From IMG/VR virus record IMGVR_UViG_3300045594_000630: a DNA stretch of 64,000 bases; one strand, 5' to 3'. The DNA comes from a virus. The translations under genes were made by a program, and so were the position numbers. Of the stretch, positions 14,794 through 25,310 are shown in pieces (the stretch's first letter is position 1; every line of letters starts with the position of its first letter). Below the pieces are notes generated by a model, which ran no database searches, was not told the DNA's origin, and worked only from the letters and a program-made list of their open reading frames with translations.

Positions 14794-15360
14794 TTGCTGT
14801 ATGTTCCAAATGGTACAGATTTTCTATCAACGGTAAGCATGGATGGGTCGATCGTGTCTGATAAGAAGCATCGGTATGGAAAGAACAGTAAGATGAGAGC
14901 GTATTACGATTCTGTCATCAGCGACTTCAACGATGATTCCGATGAGTCGTATCTGGCAGAAGCCTATGAGAACATGCTGATGGATCAGGGTGCTAGTAGC
15001 CCCGATGACATCCTCGGAACCATGGACTACTATGAGTATGACAACGGTGAGGACATTGTCCACATCGTGACGGATGAGGTCGGGGAAGATGATGCTAAAC
15101 GAGCAATGGTGCTGTACTCCGCGACGAAGGACGGTGGCTCCCCGATCTATGGACTGAGTGACGATGAGATCAATGATGTTCTCACCGATGACGACAAGTT
15201 CGAGGAAGCGTATAAGGAATTGGAAGACGCAGGGATCGTCACCGAGAAGGAATATGAGGACGAAGATGCGATTAATAAGTTCATTGATGACAATTGGGAT
15301 TACATCGGGCCGTCATACGATTCAAGCGATGGTCTTGGAACGTATCATCAGCGGGTATGA
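14794..15360 (+). CDS. acidic hypothetical protein (start may be 14839)
   Basis: ORF with the element's codon style. Confidence 0.7.
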   Translation: MLYVPNGTDFLSTVSMDGSIVSDKKHRYGKNSKMRAYYDSVISDFNDDSDESYLAEAYENMLMDQGASSPDDILGTMDYYEYDNGEDIVHIVTDEVGEDDAKRAMVLYSATKDGGSPIYGLSDDEINDVLTDDDKFEEAYKELEDAGIVTEKEYEDEDAINKFIDDNWDYIGPSYDSSDGLGTYHQRV

Positions 15361-15512
15361 TGAAGACTGATGGTTCTGAATTCATGGATTGCCGGCACCG
15401 GGCGCTGACAGATCTATAGCCCCATCTTTGGTACCATTGCCGTCATGTATGTTTCGATTGATGCGATGACGGGTGACCATATCGTCATCAAGATCTTGAA
15501 GGAGAAGAGCTG

Positions 15513-16037
15513 ATGCTGGCTAAGCCGAGGAATGGATGGACAGCCCTTGAGACCACGGTTGAGGGCAAGCCGGTGACGATCGGTCCAATCAGCTACCTGT
15601 CTGACGCGCCGGTCATGCTGGCAGAGGCATTCTGGGCGCGGTTCATCGAGGAAGAGCCATTGAACGTGACGTTCGAGTCAGAGTCTGAAGGATATGTAGA
15701 TCTGGTTGAGATCGACGATTGCATCTTCGCTATGAAGCATTTTGATCAGAAGGATCCGGACATCCATGGGACCCTCATCGGATTCTCTGATATGATACCC
15801 GATCTTGCCAGTGAGCTCATTGTGGACATCACTGAGAACATTGACGGCTGGGCCTTGTTCGAAGAGCTGGGATCTGCAGATCTGGATGAGATCGGTGAAC
15901 GATCTGCGGAATCTGAACAAGAACGGCGCCGTATCGCCCTGGACGACTGGTGCACTGAGCTGTCCGACGTTCTTACCAAGTTCAAGATCGTTGACTCGAA
16001 GTTCAACCATGACGTCAGACGGCGCGCACGATGCTGA
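15513..16037 (+). CDS. hypothetical protein
   Basis: AGGAG SD; 174 aa. Confidence 0.75.
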   Translation: MLAKPRNGWTALETTVEGKPVTIGPISYLSDAPVMLAEAFWARFIEEEPLNVTFESESEGYVDLVEIDDCIFAMKHFDQKDPDIHGTLIGFSDMIPDLASELIVDITENIDGWALFEELGSADLDEIGERSAESEQERRRIALDDWCTELSDVLTKFKIVDSKFNHDVRRRARC

Positions 16038-16134
16038 CGCTAATGATTTCACTTCCCGTCTTGTCTATGATACGATGATCACATGGTTGATGATCACATT
16101 GATCATCAAAGACCGGCGAGATTAGGAGCAGATC

Positions 16135-16629
16135 ATGGCATTGATACAGCAAAGCATTGACCCAGCGACGGGTGAGATCATTGATGACAGTGATGAGTAC
16201 GGGAATAAGATACCGGTCAGTCTTGACGATGGAGCGCAGGTTCCGTCATACGCTCACGGTGATGACGCTGGTGCAGATCTGACATCGGTCGAAGATGTCA
16301 TGATCAATCCCGGGGAGCGGGTTCTTGTCCGCACCGGCGTCCATATCGAACTGGATGCAGATCTGCTTGCATGGGTGACGCCCCGATCCGGTCTTGCCGT
16401 GAAGCACGGCATTACGATCGTGAATGCGCCTGGTCTCATTGACGGCGGGTACCGTGGTGAGATCATGGTCTGCCTTCTGAATACGAGCGGTGAAGCCTAT
16501 CAGGTCAAGAAGGGCGATAAGATCGCACAGCTCGTGATCCAGGAGTACATTCACGCTGGATTCAAGGTGGTTCCAGAACTGCAGGCGAGTGATCGTGAAT
16601 CAGGGGGATTCGGATCAACGGGAAGATGA
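16135..16629 (+). CDS. dut: dUTPase
   Basis: AGADL, PRSGLA, GLIDGGYRGEI, IAQLVI and RESGGFGSTG motifs. Confidence 0.95.
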   Translation: MALIQQSIDPATGEIIDDSDEYGNKIPVSLDDGAQVPSYAHGDDAGADLTSVEDVMINPGERVLVRTGVHIELDADLLAWVTPRSGLAVKHGITIVNAPGLIDGGYRGEIMVCLLNTSGEAYQVKKGDKIAQLVIQEYIHAGFKVVPELQASDRESGGFGSTGR

Positions 16630-16660
16630 CAGCCCGAGGGTATGATCAGTAAGCAGTGAT

Positions 16661-16692
16661 AGTCCATGGCCGGTGACGGTCATGGACTTTTT
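16661..16692 (+). terminator. intrinsic terminator
   Basis: agtccatggcc/ggtcatggact stem plus T run. Confidence 0.7.
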
Positions 16693-16749
16693 CATATCCT
16701 CGTCATAGAGCTGGTCTTTTGACAACCACCCTGCTGATATCTTACCTGT

Positions 16750-17838
16750 ATGGACAATGGACATGATTCTTCGAACTACGTGGGGATAGATCTGTTCAGG
16801 AGAACCCTACCCGTGTTCAAGAAGGGTCTTGAGGCCAAGGACAGGCTTGCCAAGCGTGACGGAACGATCTCCAGATCTGAGAAGGTCAAGCTCCGTCGCC
16901 TGGCGACGCTTGGTGACGCTGCGTACCAGGAGGTTTGCGACGCTTGTGAGTGGATGGTGAATCGCGCGGTCAGGAAAGAGCTGAACAGGCCAAGATCGTT
17001 CCATGTCATCATGAATGACGAAGATCTTAGGCAGGCTGGATTCGAGGCTGTCTTCAAGATGATGAAGACCGCTGATCTGAGTAAGATGCACGGATCGGCC
17101 GTGAACTATCTTATGCAATGGATATCCACGAATGTGAGCAGGGCTGCCCTCAAGGATGAGGCCGAGTTCGGCATGAGTTCTAGTAAGCTCGTCATCATGC
17201 GGAAGATAGCAGCCGTCCGTGCGAGACTGGGAAAGACCCTTGGCCGGACCGCAACCGACGATGAGGTCTACGAGTTCTTGCAGTCAGGTGCTGCCGACAT
17301 GAAGACAATGTACGGTAGATCTGACGGGTCATCAAAGCATCATGCTAATGATAAGATCTCGCTGGATATGATCCATGACCAGTCCAGGCTGAATTCAGGG
17401 ACGCCGATGAAGTTCGCCGTTACAGACCCGATAGCCATTGACGCTGAGGTCAACTCTGAAGATCTTGGGGTCTCTGACTATGATGCTGTTCTTGAACCTC
17501 CAACCAAGACATTCTGGACAAGCTGGATGAAGCATGTCGGCATCAGTGAGAAGCAGTGGGACGTCATTGCCATTCTGACGGGGATCTATGACACCGGACC
17601 TGACATCAAGCGTCCGAGACGGGCGGCAAGACTAGTCAATGAGTTCTACATGCTTGTCGGAAGTAAGACCGGTGCTATCAACCTGTATGCGAAGCAATGG
17701 TCTAAGGATCATGGGCCCGGGCAGTGGGATGTCTTCTCCGACATAGAGCTTTCCGATGAGATACCAATCCACGGCGTCGATAAGAACGGAAGTCCGTTAT
17801 TCAACGTACTTAAGATCAATAGGGAGACGGAAGAATGA
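16750..17838 (+). CDS. divergent sigma-70-like factor
   Basis: Region 2-like EDLRQAGFEAVFKMMK...YLMQWI; leaderless after TGATATCTT. Confidence 0.5.
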   Translation: MDNGHDSSNYVGIDLFRRTLPVFKKGLEAKDRLAKRDGTISRSEKVKLRRLATLGDAAYQEVCDACEWMVNRAVRKELNRPRSFHVIMNDEDLRQAGFEAVFKMMKTADLSKMHGSAVNYLMQWISTNVSRAALKDEAEFGMSSSKLVIMRKIAAVRARLGKTLGRTATDDEVYEFLQSGAADMKTMYGRSDGSSKHHANDKISLDMIHDQSRLNSGTPMKFAVTDPIAIDAEVNSEDLGVSDYDAVLEPPTKTFWTSWMKHVGISEKQWDVIAILTGIYDTGPDIKRPRRAARLVNEFYMLVGSKTGAINLYAKQWSKDHGPGQWDVFSDIELSDEIPIHGVDKNGSPLFNVLKINRETEE

Positions 17839-18392
17839 ACATAATGATGATACTGGCATGGTCCCTGTTCCTGCTGCTTGGGGCGGTCGTGGCCTTCGCG
17901 ATCTATGCCGTTCTCAGGGGTAGGAAGGAAGACAGGGAGTATGAGTCTCTCCGACTGCCATCAATTGCCGGCGATGATGCGTCCGGGGGATTAGACAGCC
18001 TGCAATCATTAAGCGTGAACGACGTCGTCAAGGACGATGACCAGCCGGCTGATGACGTGGACGAGATCCCTGAGCCGGCAGAACCTGTGTCCGCATTGCC
18101 GATGCCAGATGACTACAGATCTGCTCCTCATGATGAAGACAGTCAGTCTTTGCCGATGCCGACGGACGACCGTGACGAGCTTGCCCTTCCGCTGCCGTCT
18201 AGCGAGCCGGAAGATCAGTCCCTCCCGCTTCCTCCTGACGTGACGGGTGACGGCCAAGACGATGGACCGCAGTTTGATCGGCAATTCGATCCGTTGGAGG
18301 GATCTGCGGACGATGCAGACGATCCTGTCGGCAAGATCGACAGCATGATCAATGACGACCATGAGACTAATCCATTCCAGTTCAACTTATAA
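17835..18392 (+). CDS. membrane-anchored acidic Pro-rich protein
   Basis: N-terminal TM helix; four LP[ML]P repeats. Confidence 0.75.
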   Translation: MNIMMILAWSLFLLLGAVVAFAIYAVLRGRKEDREYESLRLPSIAGDDASGGLDSLQSLSVNDVVKDDDQPADDVDEIPEPAEPVSALPMPDDYRSAPHDEDSQSLPMPTDDRDELALPLPSSEPEDQSLPLPPDVTGDGQDDGPQFDRQFDPLEGSADDADDPVGKIDSMINDDHETNPFQFNL

Positions 18393-18408
18393 AGGATCCG
18401 GTGAAGAT

Positions 18409-18705
18409 ATGAGCGATTATGTTTCTAGTAGAGATCTCGTCAAGAAGGTCGCAGACGATCTTGGTGTCAGCGTGTATTCGGTCGAATCCATGATCACAGC
18501 CCTTGGCAGCGAGGCCGCCGAGGCGCTTAAAGACGGTAAGACGGTTAAGATCCGCGGTCTTGTGAAGCTGTCCGTCCAGCGTAAGAAGGATAGGATCGTG
18601 TACTCACCGTATGATCATAGGAAGATCACGGTCCCCGCTCATGATGTGATCAGGGCTGAGAGCGCTGTCAAGATCGGGGATGATAGCACGGGCGAACCGG
18701 TATGA
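18409..18705 (+). CDS. HU/IHF-like DNA-binding protein
   Basis: MSDYVSSRDLVKKVA...EALKDGKTVKIRGLVKL...YSPYDHRKITVPA; start moved from 18352. Confidence 0.8.
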   Translation: MSDYVSSRDLVKKVADDLGVSVYSVESMITALGSEAAEALKDGKTVKIRGLVKLSVQRKKDRIVYSPYDHRKITVPAHDVIRAESAVKIGDDSTGEPV

Positions 18706-18757
18706 TCTCATATCTTCATCATAGTGATCATGAACGTCGAATGGAGGCATAAGTAGC

Positions 18758-19945
18758 ATGAGTTCTAATGATGCACCGATCAAGATAGATCTTAGAGGCG
18801 TGCAGTACAAGCAATGGCAGAGCATCTTCAGTCTGCTAGCATACCCGGGTTGCTCGGAGGTTGAGATCAACGGACCTGACCTGGTGTTCATCAAGCATCG
18901 TGGCAAGAGGCTTCAGGTAGGCATAGACACCCCGAACCCGATCGCATGGGTCGATAACAGTGACTTCGAGCGCACGATGTCTGACGTTGAGAGCCATATG
19001 GTGAGATACGGTCAAGACTTCAAGGACTCATTCTGTATCTATGAGGGTGGACTCAGATTGAAGACACTTGACGGGGCGCCTGAGATCCGCGCCAGGTTCC
19101 ATTGCTTGAAGCCGCCGGTCTGCGAGTTCCCTGCTGTCACGATCGCGAAGCAGTCGGTAGAGCTTGCCACGCTGGATTCGATCTTGAAATCAGGATCGTT
19201 ATCCTTGGAGATGGCCAATTTCATCAAGGGACTTATGGCCAAGCGGCAGACGCTGGTGTTCTCAGGTGGAACAGGTGCCGGCAAGACTACATTCTTGAAC
19301 GCAGTGTCGAAGCTCATTGACCCTAAGGAGAGGGTCATTGTCTGCGAGGACGCCCCTGAGCTTCTGTTCGATCATATCCCCGACACCGTGTACTTGAGAT
19401 CATATCCTCGTCAGCCCGGCAAGAGTACTGATGACCAGGCCACTCTTTCATGGGTGGTGGCGCAGACAGCCCGTCAACGATGCGATCGTATCATCATCGG
19501 TGAGACCCGTGGACCTGAATTCTCCGACTTCCTCACCGCCGCGAACTCAGGCTTCGACGGCTCGATGACCACGCTCCATGCGAACACTCCTCGAATGGCG
19601 CTGGACAAGATGTTCAACTTCTCCAAGCGCGCTCCGGGCAACGGATCTACTCCGTCATCATCGATCAACCAAGACATTGCGAACGCCGTCGACTACATTA
19701 TCCAGCTCGGACGGCCCGGTGGAAGCAAGTATCGTGTTCTTGCGATCGAGGAGGTCACGAAGGTCGTTGGCGACACTGAGGCGGCCAAGATCAAGACGAA
19801 CCCGATCTTCCAGTATGACAAGGATGCCGATTCATGGCGTCGTGTTGGATGGCCGTCTGATGACACTATGAGGGAAGCTCTTAACAAGTTCGAGAGCGGG
19901 CAGTTCAGCCAGGAGCACCGCCGTCATACGACGAGAAGAATATGA
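18758..19945 (+). CDS. CpaF/TadA/VirB11-family secretion ATPase
   Basis: GGTGAGKTT, EDAPEL, RIIIGETRGPE, GSMTTLHAN. Confidence 0.92.
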   Translation: MSSNDAPIKIDLRGVQYKQWQSIFSLLAYPGCSEVEINGPDLVFIKHRGKRLQVGIDTPNPIAWVDNSDFERTMSDVESHMVRYGQDFKDSFCIYEGGLRLKTLDGAPEIRARFHCLKPPVCEFPAVTIAKQSVELATLDSILKSGSLSLEMANFIKGLMAKRQTLVFSGGTGAGKTTFLNAVSKLIDPKERVIVCEDAPELLFDHIPDTVYLRSYPRQPGKSTDDQATLSWVVAQTARQRCDRIIIGETRGPEFSDFLTAANSGFDGSMTTLHANTPRMALDKMFNFSKRAPGNGSTPSSSINQDIANAVDYIIQLGRPGGSKYRVLAIEEVTKVVGDTEAAKIKTNPIFQYDKDADSWRRVGWPSDDTMREALNKFESGQFSQEHRRHTTRRI

Positions 19946-19977
19946 TCATCATGATCACTCTTTGATATCTTCGTCAT

Positions 19978-22506
19978 ATGTTAGAAGATCAGGATAGATA
20001 CGTAGCCCGTAGCAACGAGCGTAACGGGTTCGATGGGACGTATAACTCCGGTGACTGGGGCGCATCAAACAACGGATGGGATGATCATCAGAGCGAGGAG
20101 CTCTTGAAGAGTGTCGGATTCTTCATCGGCATCATTGCTGCACTTCTGGTGCTTCCAATTGCTATCGTTGCTGTCATCTTCTACTGGGCCATGTTCCGGC
20201 TGCTCAGATACAGACCATTGTTCACTGCTGCCGTTGATGCTGTCGTCACTCTGATAGCAGTCAAGGTCTTCAATGATCATGGCGGATTCGCCCCACTGGT
20301 AAGCTTCATCAGATCATACAAGTTCGACGGATTCGGATCCATCAGTCCATTCCTGTCATCGATAGCTCCAACGTTCATCGGAACGCTCTTCATGGTCGGG
20401 TTCATCGTCGGTCCATGGATCGCGCTTATCATGGAACTGTTCCAGATCAACAGGATGAAGACAAGTCCATTCCTCGTCGTGAATGAGGGCGTCGGCCCGA
20501 AATGGATGTACCACTTCAGATTCAACATGAGTCCGATTGAGATCATCAAGAAGTCCATGATGATCAGAAGCATCAAGTCTGATTCCCTGAAGCCGCATCA
20601 CCGGAACGATCTGATCCCACTCGGTGTCGAGGAGGAGCCCCTCAACGCCCCTGAAGACCCGTCCAAGATCAAGAAGGACGTTCTTGTCTGCAGAGCTGAA
20701 GACGAGGTCCCCAAGCATACGATGGTGACTGGCGCTGCCGGATCTGGTAAGACCGTCACCCTGAAGTCCATGATGACGAGGGACATCGATGCTCACAAGA
20801 CCGTCTTCATGATCGACTGCAAGAAGGATCCGGAGGTCGCCGAGTTCTTATCCCGGCGGGCTAAGGAGGCAGGGTGCAACTTCTATCACTTCTCCACGGA
20901 CCTCCCCTACATGATCCAGGGGAACCCGGAGGGTCCATCATCGTACGATCCGTTGTCTTCAGGGTCAACATCGAAGAAGGTCGACATGATGCTGAACACT
21001 AGGGAGTGGGATACCGCGTCAGCCGTCTATCGTGAGCAAGCGCAAGCGTTCCTGTCCAAGGTGTTCGCCGTCATGGATGAGGCCAGGAAGTACGGGATAC
21101 TTGACAAGGTGAAGGCTCTGGACACTACGTACGGTCAGATGTGGACGTTCACCCAGATGCTCGATCCACCGATCTTCAACGCAGTCATCGTAGCGATGAA
21201 CCAGATACCGGAAGCGTCATACATCCGTCAGCAGGCTTCGGAATTGAATGAGCTGCTGTCATCCCCGCGCCGGGACGCTAAGGTGCAGGCCGCCCAGCAC
21301 TCCCAGCAGGAGTACCTGTCCACGATGACAGGTCTGATGACAAGCTCGTACGGTAAATGGCTTCGTGGAGGTGAAAGCGCTGGATCTGGTAAGATCATCA
21401 ACATCACAGATCTCTCGTCAGAGCCGGGGAACGTGGTCTTGTTCTCACTCGACGCCGCACAGAAGGGTGATATGGGCTCATTCATGGGATCGATCATCTG
21501 TACAGATCTGGCGAACATGACGGAGACGAGGAAGAATCTTGGACAGGACAATCCGCTGTCCGTCTACATCGACGAGTTCCAGTCTCTACCACCGGAATGC
21601 GTGAAGTCCATGCTTCAGAAGGCCCGATCTGCGGACGTCGGCCTATCACTCGCATTCCAGTCGCTAGATCAGGTGTCCGCGTCCACCGGATCGGATACAT
21701 ACGTGAAATCACTTCTTGACACCTGCTCGAACTTCATCTTCCATGCCGGATCAAATTATGACACCGGTCTGATGGCGTCCAAGATCATTGGAACTCATAA
21801 GAAGAACATCTACATCGTGAACCGTAGGAATGAGACGAAGCTAGGCGCGTTCAACTGGAACAATAACAGGGACCTGCAGGTCAACACGGCGCCGTCCGAC
21901 GAATGGATCGTCGACCCGTCCGAGTTCGCTAAGCTGTCCATGCCGAACAAGCAGAATGGATACAAGTCTGAGGCGATCATCATCAAGAAGGCATCATCCG
22001 ATCCAATTGACAAGAAAACTGTCGGAGCGGTCGCGCATAAGACGAAGATGATCCCACCTGACTGCGTTCTTACCGAGTACTTTGATCCGCATGCGAAGCC
22101 GATCGACATTGATGCCCCGATTGATGTCAGAATGAGTCGGGGGTTCGCAAGGGACGCGAAGAAGGCGATAGCGGGGTCTCAGATCAAGCCCGTGACCGCA
22201 CCTGCAAGCATGCCTGTGGACATCCATGACCATGATGATCTGAGGCCCGCGAGACGGACTGTCCGCAGGATGCCGTCAGCCACTGTCCGCAGGTCTGTGG
22301 ACGATCATGATGACGCTGCGCTTCCGATGCCAGATCTTGATGGCAGTTCTGAAGACACCGTCCCGAAGCGCCCGCAGGAGCATAGGACGCGGCATCGTCC
22401 TATCCGTGACACGAATGGAAGCAATGGAATGCTTCCAATGCCATCAGATGAGCCCAGGAAGCCCCGTAGGGGTCTTGGCAGGGGAGCTAGTCTAGACGAC
22501 TTCTGA
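19978..22506 (+). CDS. VirD4/TraD-like conjugative coupling protein
   Basis: N-terminal TMs; HTMVTGAAGSGKT; IDCKKDP; VYIDEFQ; QKARSA. Confidence 0.88.
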   Translation: MLEDQDRYVARSNERNGFDGTYNSGDWGASNNGWDDHQSEELLKSVGFFIGIIAALLVLPIAIVAVIFYWAMFRLLRYRPLFTAAVDAVVTLIAVKVFNDHGGFAPLVSFIRSYKFDGFGSISPFLSSIAPTFIGTLFMVGFIVGPWIALIMELFQINRMKTSPFLVVNEGVGPKWMYHFRFNMSPIEIIKKSMMIRSIKSDSLKPHHRNDLIPLGVEEEPLNAPEDPSKIKKDVLVCRAEDEVPKHTMVTGAAGSGKTVTLKSMMTRDIDAHKTVFMIDCKKDPEVAEFLSRRAKEAGCNFYHFSTDLPYMIQGNPEGPSSYDPLSSGSTSKKVDMMLNTREWDTASAVYREQAQAFLSKVFAVMDEARKYGILDKVKALDTTYGQMWTFTQMLDPPIFNAVIVAMNQIPEASYIRQQASELNELLSSPRRDAKVQAAQHSQQEYLSTMTGLMTSSYGKWLRGGESAGSGKIINITDLSSEPGNVVLFSLDAAQKGDMGSFMGSIICTDLANMTETRKNLGQDNPLSVYIDEFQSLPPECVKSMLQKARSADVGLSLAFQSLDQVSASTGSDTYVKSLLDTCSNFIFHAGSNYDTGLMASKIIGTHKKNIYIVNRRNETKLGAFNWNNNRDLQVNTAPSDEWIVDPSEFAKLSMPNKQNGYKSEAIIIKKASSDPIDKKTVGAVAHKTKMIPPDCVLTEYFDPHAKPIDIDAPIDVRMSRGFARDAKKAIAGSQIKPVTAPASMPVDIHDHDDLRPARRTVRRMPSATVRRSVDDHDDAALPMPDLDGSSEDTVPKRPQEHRTRHRPIRDTNGSNGMLPMPSDEPRKPRRGLGRGASLDDF

Positions 22507-22570
22507 CAGTTGCGGTTCTCCCCGATCGTGATTACAATGGATCATATGACGCAAACGATGAGGAGAACTA

Positions 22571-23176
22571 ATGTCAGTTGATGATGTTGCATACAAGTTC
22601 GGGGCGTTCCTCCGCAAGACGGTAGATTCGGCTGGGAACGTCATGGATCATTACCATGAACTCTCCGACGATGAAGACGATCTGATGGCATCTGACACCA
22701 CGTCTGATGCAGATCTGTTCCATGCGGATCCGGTGGAAGATGAATCTGATTACGGCAGGCCGGGCATGGAGCGGTATATTACGATGTCATTCCCTGACAA
22801 CAGTCAGATCAAATGGCGAGTGGTCAATGATCAGCGGTCTAATGACGCTCTTGAGGTGGCTACGGAGGTCTTCCTGAAGAAGGCCGTGAAGTTCGTCAAT
22901 GATGACAGTAAGGATTATCACGAGCCAACCGTGAAGTCGGCGATCATTGATGACCGGACACGATGCATCGTGGTCGTGTACGTTGACAGCAGCGGGTTCA
23001 ATCATGGGGATGTCTTGTCAATCGTGCAGATCAGCGAGTCTGAGCCTGTTGCGGATAGCGCACTGCTTCCGAAGGTACCATACAATCCGTACGGGCTGCA
23101 ATGGCCATGGGACCCTGAAGACCAGTCGAAGTACCATTACGCGGCGAGAAGTATAAGATCATATGGAAGATCGTGA
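22571..23176 (+). CDS. hypothetical protein
   Basis: GAGGAG SD; 201 aa. Confidence 0.75.
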   Translation: MSVDDVAYKFGAFLRKTVDSAGNVMDHYHELSDDEDDLMASDTTSDADLFHADPVEDESDYGRPGMERYITMSFPDNSQIKWRVVNDQRSNDALEVATEVFLKKAVKFVNDDSKDYHEPTVKSAIIDDRTRCIVVVYVDSSGFNHGDVLSIVQISESEPVADSALLPKVPYNPYGLQWPWDPEDQSKYHYAARSIRSYGRS

Positions 23177-23185
23177 GGATAAGCA

Positions 23186-23854
23186 ATGAAGATTGACGAT
23201 AGTGTGGCCAAGGCTAACACGGTAAGTATCAAGCTCTTAAAGGACGCGGTGAAGAATGCAGGTCTGAAGCCGAAGGATCTGGCATCCAGGTTCGATGTTG
23301 ATGAAGACACGGTGCGGTCATGGTTTGACGACACGGTGCCGTACTCAGTCTTCCTGCAGATCTGTAAGATCACCCACGTGAAGGCTACCGCGATCTTCGA
23401 TGGGACCAAGGCTGAACTCAAGGCCGAGCGCGCTGCCGCCAAGGCCGATCCATCATCTGCGCCAGCACCGGCCGTGAAGCAAGATGCTGCCCCGGCTCCG
23501 GCCGAGACCGTTGACAAGAGCGTGACGGTTGATGATGACCCTGAAGAGCTTCCATTCCCTCTTATCACCGCTGAAGACGCTGGTCTGAAGAATGCTGACG
23601 CGATGCTGGCAGAATGGCCTACGGTCAAGAAGGAGGCCATCGAGCGGCGAGATGATTTGACTGACGCGCAGAAGCAGAATAAGATCGCCAAGTACCCGAA
23701 GCCGGTGAAACTGGCGAATGATAAGGTCGAGTTAGGCTTCAAGACGTACAAGTCCATGCAAGGGTTCGTGAACGGCGGATACTTGAATGACATCAATGAC
23801 GTGGTCGCGAAGAGAAGGTATGGCGTGACCGTGACCGTTAAAGATCATGAGTAG
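23186..23854 (+). CDS. protein with N-terminal XRE-like HTH
   Basis: AVKNAGLKPKDLASRFDVDEDTVRSWF. Confidence 0.6.
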   Translation: MKIDDSVAKANTVSIKLLKDAVKNAGLKPKDLASRFDVDEDTVRSWFDDTVPYSVFLQICKITHVKATAIFDGTKAELKAERAAAKADPSSAPAPAVKQDAAPAPAETVDKSVTVDDDPEELPFPLITAEDAGLKNADAMLAEWPTVKKEAIERRDDLTDAQKQNKIAKYPKPVKLANDKVELGFKTYKSMQGFVNGGYLNDINDVVAKRRYGVTVTVKDHE

Positions 23855-25241
23855 AAAGGCTATCGAGTTGACAAGAGGCAAAGATCTATCGCCGGAGTTC
23901 TTGGCGAAGATGAGTGATGATGAGATCAGCAACCTGCTGAAGGAGTCATATGCTCACAAGACGCCGGCGTCTGACAGCAAAGACATCGATCTTGATGACC
24001 TGACGAACAGTCTTGAGGAGTCGATCCGTCAGCAGCGGAAGTACATTCAGGATTCATTGAACGACATCGTCACCGAGGGCGGGAGCTCGCAGGCGGCTGC
24101 CGTCAGACCTCCAAAGACGATGGCCGAAGAGCTGGCCGGCAGATCTGGTCAGGGTGTGATCGTGAACAAGACACCGGATGAGATCAATAAGATGACGGAC
24201 GAGGAGCGGAAGAAGAAGGACGCCGAGGAGCGTGCCAAGATCTTGAAGGAAGCGCTAGACTCCCTCCATAAGCTTACCGGTCTGAAGAGCGTGAAGGATC
24301 AGGTTCTGGAGTTGCAGGCTACGATAGCGGCCGAGCAGGTCAGGAAGAAGCTGGGCATGCTTGACAAGAATGATCCGGAATCTGATGACATCTCAGTGCA
24401 TCTCGCCTTGCTGGGAGCACCCGGAACGGGTAAGACCACCGTTGCCAGGATCTATGCCAAGATTCTCCGCGGCATCGGACTGTTGAACAAGGGTCAGCTC
24501 GTGGAGACGGACAGATCTGGTCTTGTGGCCGAGTACCAGGGTCAGACGGCTCCGAAGACGAATAAGGTGATCGACTCCGCTCTTGACGGGGTCTTGTTCA
24601 TTGACGAGGCTTACAATCTGAATACGGGAGATCAGGACACCTTCGGCCAGGAGGCCATCGCGACCCTCATGAAGCGGATGGAGGATGATCGTGATCGTCT
24701 AGTCGTCATCATCGCCGGGTACACGGACGTCACCGAGCACTTCCTGGACTCGAACCCGGGTCTGCGGTCAAGGTTCGTGGAGAAGATCGAGTTCCCGAAC
24801 TATATGAATGACGAGCTTGTCGAGATCGCCGTGAGGAAGGCCAAGTCCAAGGGCGTTGAGATCAGTGATGCGAACAGGAAGATACTGACCGAGTCATTCA
24901 CGAAGCTCCGTGACACGGCCGCGTTCGCTAATGGACGGACGGCACGGGTTCTTGTAGACAACGCGATGAAGGCGCAGTCCCTCCGGTTCATGGATGAGAT
25001 GAAGAAGCGTCCGGACATGACCGAGGATGAGCAGAAGAAGTTCTTGGGGTCGCTAGATGACACGGATCTGCTTGAGGCCGAATCCAAGACGATCGACATG
25101 AGTACTTCAAAGCAGTCGGCGGAGAGCAAGATGATCGATGATAAGGTCAGGATTGCCGAGCTGTTCAAGCATGCCGGGGAAGATGTCTCCAAGAAGCTGC
25201 ATTCAGACTCGAATGCGGTCAAAGAGCTGTCCGCAGAGTGA
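23847..25241 (+). CDS. AAA+ ATPase, CbbX/SpoVK/EccA family
   Basis: LTGLKSVK, GAPGTGKTTVAR, LVAEYQGQTA, LFIDEAY, SNPGLRSRF, FANGR. Confidence 0.9.
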   Translation: MSRKAIELTRGKDLSPEFLAKMSDDEISNLLKESYAHKTPASDSKDIDLDDLTNSLEESIRQQRKYIQDSLNDIVTEGGSSQAAAVRPPKTMAEELAGRSGQGVIVNKTPDEINKMTDEERKKKDAEERAKILKEALDSLHKLTGLKSVKDQVLELQATIAAEQVRKKLGMLDKNDPESDDISVHLALLGAPGTGKTTVARIYAKILRGIGLLNKGQLVETDRSGLVAEYQGQTAPKTNKVIDSALDGVLFIDEAYNLNTGDQDTFGQEAIATLMKRMEDDRDRLVVIIAGYTDVTEHFLDSNPGLRSRFVEKIEFPNYMNDELVEIAVRKAKSKGVEISDANRKILTESFTKLRDTAAFANGRTARVLVDNAMKAQSLRFMDEMKKRPDMTEDEQKKFLGSLDDTDLLEAESKTIDMSTSKQSAESKMIDDKVRIAELFKHAGEDVSKKLHSDSNAVKELSAE

Positions 25242-25310
25242 CATCATCAGGTATGCCAGTGCTGATATCTTCCTATCGTCAATGTACAACTAGTCACGTT
25301 AGGAGCAGTC

